A DNA stretch of 64,000 bases from a virus. Numbering within the stretch: the first letter of the stretch is position 1; the number at the start of each line of letters is the position of its first letter. Location: IMG/VR virus record IMGVR_UViG_3300014202_000564; one strand, 5' to 3'. The notes below the pieces were generated by a model that was not told the DNA's origin, searched no databases, and saw only the letters and a program-made list of their open reading frames with translations. This document shows, piece after piece, positions 53,535 through 60,405 of the stretch. Made by a program: the position numbers and the translations under genes.

Positions 53535-53734
53535 GACTTATTCTATTCATTTGGTGGTTCGCTGTAGTCACACCACAGGGTGGAGTCATGTATTATGACT
53601 ATGGAAGCAAAGAGACCTGCGAAATGATGCAGCGGGCGAAGAGTCGAGAAATAGCGGAAAATAAGATTACACAGTGCCAACAGACCCTTTTAAAAAGGGA
53701 GAGGAAAAGTCTTCATGGTGACTCTGCGGCATAA
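53525..53734 (+). CDS. small secreted/membrane protein
   Basis: 69-aa track ORF; hydrophobic N-terminus. Confidence 0.45.
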   Translation: MGLRLILFIWWFAVVTPQGGVMYYDYGSKETCEMMQRAKSREIAENKITQCQQTLLKRERKSLHGDSAA

Positions 53735-53787
53735 TAACAGGAATCCAGAGGTTCTGTTACCAGGTGAGCATTCTATTTTAGAGATGG

Positions 53788-54471
53788 ATGAAACGAAATC
53801 TAATGAAGAAGGACACAGCACCCATGAATATCATCCTAAGTGTGATATTATTGATTCTTCTTCAACCTAGTGTTGTTCTTGCCGGGGATGTGTTCACTGG
53901 GTTTCAGAGTGACATGTATAAGCAGTATTTTGGTTACCTAGGCGCTCGAACACATCTATCAGAGCAAGTGTTTATTCAAGGATTGACTGGTGGATTTGGA
54001 TATGGTGAGCATGACAAAGGTGGACAAACACTCCATACAGATGTCCAGTTCATGAACCTAGGAATAGGATTGGAAAAGAAAATACAATCGTATGCATTTG
54101 CGGCAATGATTGGTGCATCGGGTCGTAGGGTCGATTCCAACAATTCGGACCATAATCGAGCTGGGGCATTTGTGCAGCTAGAAGCTGGTCATTGGGGGGA
54201 ACGAATTAGTGTACAGGGAATGCTGAACTATGTGACAATGGACAATTTTTTCTGGGGACGCATTCGGAGTATGTACCGAACTGGTGAATATATATCTGCG
54301 GGTATGGATGTTGTGGCAATGGGTAATGCAGGATATTATGCAGTTCAAACTGGACCGGTCGTTGGTGTTCCTGTGGGTCCAGTGAATGTAAATCTTAAGG
54401 GTGGATATCAGAGAGACAGCACGTTCAGAGACGGAGCATATAGTGGCATTGAGTTGGGACTTCATTTTTAA
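53788..54471 (+). CDS. outer-membrane beta-barrel-like protein
   Basis: Sec signal peptide ending VVLA-GD; alternating Gly/aromatic strands; C-terminal GIELGLHF ends in Phe. Confidence 0.5.
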   Translation: MKRNLMKKDTAPMNIILSVILLILLQPSVVLAGDVFTGFQSDMYKQYFGYLGARTHLSEQVFIQGLTGGFGYGEHDKGGQTLHTDVQFMNLGIGLEKKIQSYAFAAMIGASGRRVDSNNSDHNRAGAFVQLEAGHWGERISVQGMLNYVTMDNFFWGRIRSMYRTGEYISAGMDVVAMGNAGYYAVQTGPVVGVPVGPVNVNLKGGYQRDSTFRDGAYSGIELGLHF

Positions 54472-54482
54472 TCGGGGGGAAT

Positions 54483-54641
54483 ATGTCAAGCTTTACAACT
54501 ACCTACTACGTAAATTCATATGATGGGAACGACAATAATCCGGGAACAAAGGAACAACCCTTCAAGACCCTGGAGCGCGCCGCGCAATTGGAACTCGATG
54601 ATAATGTGCATATATCTGCAACGATAGTTGTTCCGAACTAA
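54483..54641 (+). pseudogene. short ORF resembling only the N-terminus of right-handed beta-helix proteins (possible remnant)
   Basis: 52 aa; YYVNSYDGNDNNPGTKEQPFKTLERAA resembles YVS..G.D.N.G....PfkTi..A leader segments; no helix body follows. Confidence 0.3.
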
Positions 54642-54662
54642 TCATCTAATTTAGGAGGCACC

Positions 54663-54890
54663 ATGCAAGTTGATGTCCCGCAAACGAAAGATTCTTGGGC
54701 ATTTCGCGCTATCGTTCCTGTTAACGTGGTCACTGTAATTTTGGTGCTCTTAAAGGGATTTGGAGTTCTTGATATCAGTTGGCTGCAATCACTGACCCCA
54801 GGACTCGCGTTAGCAGTTATGTTGGGGTTGATGGCAGAATATGGGTTGTATATCTGCCACCAAGAAGAGAAGGAGAGGATGCAACGATGA
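54663..54890 (+). CDS. membrane protein (2-3 TM)
   Basis: 75-aa track ORF behind AGGAGG. Confidence 0.55.
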   Translation: MQVDVPQTKDSWAFRAIVPVNVVTVILVLLKGFGVLDISWLQSLTPGLALAVMLGLMAEYGLYICHQEEKERMQR

Positions 54891-55141
54891 TTAGTTTTAT
54901 GCAAGAAGGAACCAAAGTAAAGATCCAAGCGAACCCCAAAATGCACAACGGTAATGTGATGTATTTTTATTGGGAATGTGGAACAGAATGGTACGCTGAG
55001 TTGTTGACCAAGCAGTTGCAAGATTGCCTCGCAGAATCTATTCGTGGCATTCGTTCAGATGAATATAATGAGGGATGGAAAGCGGCGAAGGCGAAAACTT
55101 TCAAGAAGCTATATTTTATGAGTTCCTTTTTCAGAAAGTGA
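54887..55141 (+). CDS. hypothetical protein
   Basis: ATG 54887 (ATGA overlap); track start 54779 overlaps the upstream ORF. Confidence 0.5.
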   Translation: MISFMQEGTKVKIQANPKMHNGNVMYFYWECGTEWYAELLTKQLQDCLAESIRGIRSDEYNEGWKAAKAKTFKKLYFMSSFFRK

Positions 55142-55147
55142 GAAGCT

Positions 55148-55426
55148 ATGGACGAGTATTTTATTCGCTGTGAATGTTTTGCTGAAATGATTCACGTTTG
55201 CCGGGATCGTGACGATGGAGAAGTGTATATGTCAGTCTACGTACCTCGCGGTAGGGGTAAACTGGCATGGAAATACCGGTTGCAACACATTTGGAGAATA
55301 CTTACTAAGGGATATCCTTGGCAGGATGAAATCATTTTAGGCAAGGCAGAAGCAGCGAGATTTGGTGTATGGTTGTTAGAGTCGGAAGAAAAGAAATTCG
55401 TGGACCCAGAAAATTTGGGTGGATAG
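55148..55426 (+). CDS. hypothetical protein
   Basis: 92-aa track ORF. Confidence 0.6.
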   Translation: MDEYFIRCECFAEMIHVCRDRDDGEVYMSVYVPRGRGKLAWKYRLQHIWRILTKGYPWQDEIILGKAEAARFGVWLLESEEKKFVDPENLGG

Positions 55427-55525
55427 TGGTCAACTATAGTTCACTGGAATCGATTTCCCCACCATTTGGTAAACTCACCTTTACCACATACCATAACTCA
55501 TTGATTTACATAGAGTATTTTCCAT

Positions 55526-55591
55526 TTGACAAACCAATTCCCCTTTGATAAGGTTATATCGTAATGATTGAACAACAAAGGGGGAATCGAG
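55526..55591 (+). promoter_or_regulatory. early-promoter cassette (degenerate box)
   Basis: TTGACA 55526, N17, TGaTAAGGT (-10 at 55549-55554); ATGATTGAACAACAAAGGGGGA. Confidence 0.45.
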
Positions 55592-55756
55592 ATGTTTAGA
55601 GTCACATTCAACAGTGATCGAGAGGGGAATGAGCAGAAGGATTTTGCCGATAAGTCATGGGGGAAGTCCATCGGTCACATTGTCACTAAGCTGATTTCTC
55701 ATGGTGAGGAATGCGGGCATAACGACAAATTGACCATCACAATAGAATGGATTTAA
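55592..55756 (+). CDS. hypothetical small protein
   Basis: ATG 55592 follows AAGGGGGA (track 55568). Confidence 0.5.
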   Translation: MFRVTFNSDREGNEQKDFADKSWGKSIGHIVTKLISHGEECGHNDKLTITIEWI

Positions 55757-55983
55757 CAATGCGACATGATCAACTTGTGATGCAAGCGATGAACCATTTA
55801 TCTGAAGCAAGAGAGCTGTTAGATAAACTGGTTGATGAGCAGTTTCAACCAAACTTCGAAAAGTTCTCACAGGTGGTCGATGCAAGGGAAAATGTACGGG
55901 TGGCACTGACTGGGGTATCCATCTATTTTACTGAGTTAGTCCTCGAAAACCTCAAAAAGGAGCAGAACAATGGAACTGTGTAA
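55747..55983 (+). CDS. hypothetical protein (possible frameshift donor)
   Basis: 78-aa track ORF; contains C-AAA-AAG at 55953-55959. Confidence 0.55.
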   Translation: MDLTMRHDQLVMQAMNHLSEARELLDKLVDEQFQPNFEKFSQVVDARENVRVALTGVSIYFTELVLENLKKEQNNGTV

Positions 55984-56048
55984 TCGGTTGTCGTTTTCAC
56001 AATTTTGTTGGTTGCGCAAGATCATGCGAACGTTGCGAGCGGAAAAGA

Positions 56049-56207
56049 ATGGTTAAAACGGACGCGGTGAGAATACGAAAAACTCTTATCGAGTATCTAT
56101 ACGCGAAGGCACAAATGAGAGATTGGCATGGTGTGAGTGACGCAGCAAACGATCTGAGGGAACTGGAAGCTCGGTACCCATTCCTCAAGGAGAAAGATAC
56201 ATTATGA
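56049..56207 (+). CDS. hypothetical small protein (frame open upstream to 55935 with no start codon)
   Basis: 52 aa from ATG 56049; ATGA overlap with the next gene; the upstream in-frame stretch is Cys-rich. Confidence 0.4.
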   Translation: MVKTDAVRIRKTLIEYLYAKAQMRDWHGVSDAANDLRELEARYPFLKEKDTL

Positions 56208-56413
56208 TTACGACGAACCAGACCGGTCGAGAGGTAGAGTTTGAAGTGGCGGGTGAAGAGGATGATGTGCATATTTCTTGGATGGTGTTTACTGACACCC
56301 AAGAAGAAGCGGATGATGAGACAGTTGAATGGGTCGAAGAGAATAAACCAGAGCTGTTATTTGAAGCATGGTTTGGTAGTCAGGTGGAACGAACTGAATA
56401 TCTATATGGGTGA
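56204..56413 (+). CDS. hypothetical acidic protein
   Basis: 69-aa track ORF. Confidence 0.55.
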   Translation: MITTNQTGREVEFEVAGEEDDVHISWMVFTDTQEEADDETVEWVEENKPELLFEAWFGSQVERTEYLYG

Positions 56414-56418
56414 ATAAC

Positions 56419-56730
56419 ATGGAACAAGAACGAACCAAAGAACAGATTTACGACGAAGAAATTGCACCAGTTCTCCTTGCACTCGGTGAGAAAATAAAGA
56501 AGCTCGATATGAGCATGGTGGCAGTTGTGGAATATGCACCAAGTGAGCGCGGAGCGACCAAGGTAATCGGCAAGGACTCTGGGTTAGAAATGAAAATGTT
56601 GAGTATCTGTGATCAAACAGCACCGAATGTTGATGGATTTATGCTTGCATTAAAGAGATACTGTTATCAAAACAATATTGATGTGAGTTCATCTATGTAC
56701 TTGTCGGATTGGGGGAATAAGAGTCGATGA
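56419..56730 (+). CDS. hypothetical protein
   Basis: ATG 56419 (track GTG 56410). Confidence 0.55.
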   Translation: MEQERTKEQIYDEEIAPVLLALGEKIKKLDMSMVAVVEYAPSERGATKVIGKDSGLEMKMLSICDQTAPNVDGFMLALKRYCYQNNIDVSSSMYLSDWGNKSR

Positions 56731-56969
56731 GTAAAAAAGGATTCGTGAAGCACACCATTGAAATTGATATTCCAGCGGGGAGAGATCCGCTGTCATACTT
56801 GAAAGATGCTCTAGAGGATGCGATTCAACATAACTATGAAATGGTGATGTTGGATCTGACGAAAAGACCACACATTAACGAGAACCTGATGAGGGTGGCT
56901 GCAGAGATATATCGAAAGAACATTGAGGAATATAAGCAAACCAAAGGAACGTTGAGCGTGATTGTGTAG
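56727..56969 (+). CDS. hypothetical protein
   Basis: 80-aa track ORF; ATGA overlap. Confidence 0.55.
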   Translation: MSKKGFVKHTIEIDIPAGRDPLSYLKDALEDAIQHNYEMVMLDLTKRPHINENLMRVAAEIYRKNIEEYKQTKGTLSVIV

Positions 56970-56992
56970 TAATAACAATAAGTTACGATTAC

Positions 56993-57054
56993 TTGACAAA
57001 CATGAGACCCCGTATTATACTTTGTGCATAACACAGGATAACAAAGGGGGAGCT
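56993..57054 (+). promoter_or_regulatory. early-promoter cassette (no ATCATGATGA box)
   Basis: TTGACA 56993, N17, TATACT 57016-57021; AACAAAGGGGGAG RBS. Confidence 0.5.
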
Positions 57055-57669
57055 ATGGACTTATTGACACCATATCTTGAAAAGACCAAGCAGGAGATTT
57101 CCGGTATCGTAACTGAGTTTGGACCCCCAATCACAGGAACTCCAGATGCACCAACCGAAAAACAAATCAATTTCTACAAAAGTTTAGTGATGGGTAAGGA
57201 TCTGATTGATACGCAACGGTACCAGCTTATGACCAACCTTTCCAAATTGACTCGCAAAACCATATCAGACACCATTTCATGGTTAGTGGGTATTCCCTGG
57301 AAAAAGAAAGAAGTCGTTGTAAACACACCAGTTGCACCACAAATTAGAACGGTCACCTTGAACCCAGGACGGTATGCAATAAATCACCCCTCTGGTGAAC
57401 TCAGGTTTTATCAGATTGATAGACCGGTTCAGGGTCGATGGGCTGGTGTGGTATTTTTGTCACAGTTGAGTGGTGAAAATCACATCGCAATACGTGATCG
57501 AACCGAAAAGGATTTTATATTTTCACTGATAGCAATGAATCCAACAGAGTCATTGAAGCTGTATGGTCAAAAGATAGGTCGTTGTGGTCACTGCAAAAAG
57601 ACCCTAACAGATCAAGTTTCTAGGGATTTTGGCATTGGACCGGTTTGCAGGAAGGTGTTGGGAATTTGA
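57055..57669 (+). CDS. hypothetical protein with C-terminal CxxC domain (DUF6011-like)
   Basis: ATG 57055; C-terminal GRCGHCKKTLTDQVSRDFGIGPVCRKVLG; N-terminal PTEKQINFYKSLV shared with the 248-547 product. Confidence 0.55.
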   Translation: MDLLTPYLEKTKQEISGIVTEFGPPITGTPDAPTEKQINFYKSLVMGKDLIDTQRYQLMTNLSKLTRKTISDTISWLVGIPWKKKEVVVNTPVAPQIRTVTLNPGRYAINHPSGELRFYQIDRPVQGRWAGVVFLSQLSGENHIAIRDRTEKDFIFSLIAMNPTESLKLYGQKIGRCGHCKKTLTDQVSRDFGIGPVCRKVLGI

Positions 57670-57701
57670 CACATTTTTGTCAAGTGTCCTAAGTCGTTGA
57701 G

Positions 57702-57808
57702 TGTATCTAAAAGGATACAGTAGAATTGACGGTTTAGGAGACTTGACAACTTATATATGCCATGATAGTCTTAGAACGTAAGAGATAAACAAATAAACGG
57801 AGGATGAA
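57702..57808 (+). promoter_or_regulatory. hairpin + early-promoter cassette
   Basis: TGTATC-TAAAAG-GATACA 57702-57719; TTGACA 57743, N17, TGaTAGTCT (-10 at 57766-57771); ACGGAGG RBS. Confidence 0.6.
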
Positions 57809-58222
57809 ATGGCATACATGAGTCAAGAGAGAAAAAAGGAAATCGCGGAACAGTTGAAGAAGGTGCTTGCTGGGACTGGTATCAAGTACACACTCGGTGT
57901 TGATAACCATTCCACATTACAGATGAAGATTAAAAGTGGTCCGGTGGATTTCATTGGTAACTACAATGAAGTGAAGATTGCGGATCATGTTGAGTTGAGA
58001 AATCCACACTGGAAACCTGCAGAGGGAAATATCGATGTTAATGTGTACTGGTACAAGGATCATTTCAGTGGGGTTGCAAAGGACATTTTGGAAAAGATCA
58101 TCAAGACCATGAACGCAGGAAATCATGATAACAGTGACTCGCAGAGTGATTATTTCGATGTGGGTTGGTATGTGAGTGTGTCGGTTGGGTTGTGGAATAA
58201 ACCTTATAATTTGGTGAAATAA
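57809..58222 (+). CDS. hypothetical protein (paralog of 42388-42948)
   Basis: 137 aa; collinear with the 42388 product through DYFDVGWYV. Confidence 0.7.
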   Translation: MAYMSQERKKEIAEQLKKVLAGTGIKYTLGVDNHSTLQMKIKSGPVDFIGNYNEVKIADHVELRNPHWKPAEGNIDVNVYWYKDHFSGVAKDILEKIIKTMNAGNHDNSDSQSDYFDVGWYVSVSVGLWNKPYNLVK

Positions 58223-58413
58223 TGGCTGGTAAATGGTTATCAAAGGAAGCGGTATTGCGAGCAATTGATGAGGAGCCAGTTCTTCCGGGTGAGATGCCGG
58301 AGGAAATGTACAAGGTTATAGTTACCGGTGATAAGGATCTTGTTACTGCAGCGTTTAGGATTGTGGTCGAGCAAGCGAAGAAGGGAATACGAAACCGCAT
58401 TCTTGAAGGTTGA
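58222..58413 (+). CDS. hypothetical protein
   Basis: 63-aa track ORF; TAATG overlap. Confidence 0.55.
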   Translation: MAGKWLSKEAVLRAIDEEPVLPGEMPEEMYKVIVTGDKDLVTAAFRIVVEQAKKGIRNRILEG

Positions 58414-58450
58414 TTGAAGTCTACCGGCCTATGACGCGCAAGAGGGATTT

Positions 58451-58540
58451 ATGTACATGATGACAACGGAAGCAATCATATCGATTCTGGTGTTCTCTCT
58501 TGCTTTGATTTTCTACACATGGAAGAAGGAAGGGTTCTGA
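58451..58540 (+). CDS. very small membrane protein
   Basis: 29 aa, single TM; stop overlaps ATG 58540. Confidence 0.3.
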   Translation: MYMMTTEAIISILVFSLALIFYTWKKEGF

Positions 58541-58785
58541 TGGATTCCGTCAAGTTTCCCGATAACCAGCCCGGTGTCCTTTGCGCAGATGAAAAGCGGT
58601 ATCATGCTAATGCGTCGGTGCTGGGGTTGTCGTTTCCATTCCCGGTTATGGTCTCATTCAGGGGGAAGACATACATAGCCTGTTCAACCATTTCAGATGA
58701 TAAGGGGGATTTTCTGAGGGTTACCTATAAGTGTGGGGAAGACCATTTCTTTATTGTCCACAATGAAACAGTAAAAAAGGATTGA
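58540..58785 (+). CDS. hypothetical protein
   Basis: ATG 58540 (track 58519). Confidence 0.5.
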   Translation: MDSVKFPDNQPGVLCADEKRYHANASVLGLSFPFPVMVSFRGKTYIACSTISDDKGDFLRVTYKCGEDHFFIVHNETVKKD

Positions 58786-58790
58786 GCACA

Positions 58791-58985
58791 ATGAAGCGTA
58801 AAAAGAAGCAGCCCATTGATAGCTGGGTGGTGTTGCATAACATGGTGAAGTTTTTGGTCCTCTTTCTGTTGGTCGCTAATGTGGTGTCGCTGTTCACCCA
58901 TACCCTCTTCTTCATCATTCTTTTTACTGGAATCTTTTCACATTTGCTTTCTGTGTGGTACCATATTTGGTGGAGGCCAGAATGA
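58791..58985 (+). CDS. small membrane protein
   Basis: ATG 58791 (track TTG 58782); two TM. Confidence 0.5.
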   Translation: MKRKKKQPIDSWVVLHNMVKFLVLFLLVANVVSLFTHTLFFIILFTGIFSHLLSVWYHIWWRPE

Positions 58986-59305
58986 AAAACACTACTGTGG
59001 TCACAAATAAAGATATCGATGCAGTCTTAGGTGGAGTCCTCAAGAAGGGGGAAGAAGAGCTGAAGAATCTGAAGCAAGAAGACCTTGATAAGTTCTGGTA
59101 CTTCCGATATAATAAAGAGGCATCCAAGGAACAGAATTTATATGAGTTTCATGGCATGTTGGATCTTTACCGCAGACAATGCAGACGGTGGGAAGAGATT
59201 CATAGGGGATCATGTTGTGTGGTTGAGCGAGTCCGAGATACGTACCTGTGGCCCAAGATTAAACAATTTCTTCTTGATCTTGAGGGAGATAATCAACATG
59301 AATGA
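58982..59305 (+). CDS. hypothetical protein
   Basis: ATG 58982 overlaps the upstream TGA (track 58955). Confidence 0.55.
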   Translation: MKNTTVVTNKDIDAVLGGVLKKGEEELKNLKQEDLDKFWYFRYNKEASKEQNLYEFHGMLDLYRRQCRRWEEIHRGSCCVVERVRDTYLWPKIKQFLLDLEGDNQHE

Positions 59306-59498
59306 GGAAATATTGGATGCGGTAGAGAAGTTTGTCTGTGAGTGTGAATTTGAAGCGACTCATGAAGCAGTTGAAGCTGGGTTTGGTATTGTGGGATGGG
59401 AGATCATGATTGTATTCCACCCCCTCTATGAACAATATGTCCTTTCGAAAGAATTTCTCACTCATTATGCTAACAAAGTTTCCTTGGTGTCCCAATGA
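59298..59498 (+). CDS. hypothetical acidic protein
   Basis: ATG 59298 within track ORF 59085-59498; avoids a 220-nt overlap. Confidence 0.45.
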   Translation: MNEEILDAVEKFVCECEFEATHEAVEAGFGIVGWEIMIVFHPLYEQYVLSKEFLTHYANKVSLVSQ

Positions 59499-60070
59499 AC
59501 GATACCTATAAGTCCATGTTAATAGATCTGTTTTATAAAACTGATTCATACAAAGAAGACCACATTCATCCTTTTCTGTTGTCTTCTGGTGAGGAGAGCC
59601 CATATTACGTTGACTGCAGGAGGCTACTATCATACCCATATGCAAGAAAATTGGTTGGGGAAATGGGGGCATGGCTTCTGAGGGACCTTTCGGTTGATTG
59701 TGTTGGTGGGTTAGAGTCTGGGGCGATATCGGTTGCACAATCCATTTCCGATCAAACCAACACCCGTTTGTTCTATGTTAGAAAAAATCAACGGACACAT
59801 GGTGCAAAGGGAATAATCGGGGCGATTGAGGGGGCGGTACGTGCCCAGGATCGAGCGGTGATTGTCGATGATGTGTTCACAACGGGGGAGTCGGTAATTA
59901 AAGCTGCTACTGCAGTGCGGGAAGCGGGGTTACTGGTGAGCAATGCGTTGGTTATTGTGAATAGATCTGAAGATTTTATAGCAGCACAGACCCTCTTACA
60001 GAAACATGGGATTAGGACCCATAGCATTTTAAAAATGAGAGACATTTCGGAGTTTAAAAGTTTAAAATGA
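59495..60070 (+). CDS. pyrE: type I phosphoribosyltransferase, orotate PRTase-like
   Basis: FLLSSGEESPYYVDCR (like FxLxSGxxSPYYxD) and PRPP loop RAVIVDDVFTTGESV. Confidence 0.6.
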   Translation: MNDTYKSMLIDLFYKTDSYKEDHIHPFLLSSGEESPYYVDCRRLLSYPYARKLVGEMGAWLLRDLSVDCVGGLESGAISVAQSISDQTNTRLFYVRKNQRTHGAKGIIGAIEGAVRAQDRAVIVDDVFTTGESVIKAATAVREAGLLVSNALVIVNRSEDFIAAQTLLQKHGIRTHSILKMRDISEFKSLK

Positions 60071-60405
60071 AGCAGCCGAAACATCTATATGTTATCACAA
60101 GAAAGGATCTTTCCCCTGGGTACCAAGGAGTCCAGGGCATGCATGCATTGGTTGAGTTCTCTGCAAAATTTCCTGAGTTATATCTTAAGTGGTATAAGAC
60201 TTCCAACTACCTCTGTTTCCTTTCTGTGTGGGACGAAAAGGAGCTGAAAGCTCTTGCAAGAAAAGCAATGAAGTTGGGGGTTATGGTGTCCACGTTTCAT
60301 GAACCGGATGTCAATTTTGAAATGACTGCAATTGTGTTGGAAGTTGGCTCGAAGTCTATGAAAATAACCAAGAAACTAACATTAGCACTGAAGGAGTGGC
60401 CATAA
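60067..60405 (+). CDS. peptidyl-tRNA hydrolase 2 (Pth2)-fold protein
   Basis: 112 aa; LYVITRKDLSPGYQGVQGMHA and KELKALARKAMKLGVMVSTFHEPD are collinear with archaeal/eukaryotic Pth2 (VVRNDLKMGKGKxAAQxxHA ...). Confidence 0.6.
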   Translation: MKQPKHLYVITRKDLSPGYQGVQGMHALVEFSAKFPELYLKWYKTSNYLCFLSVWDEKELKALARKAMKLGVMVSTFHEPDVNFEMTAIVLEVGSKSMKITKKLTLALKEWP

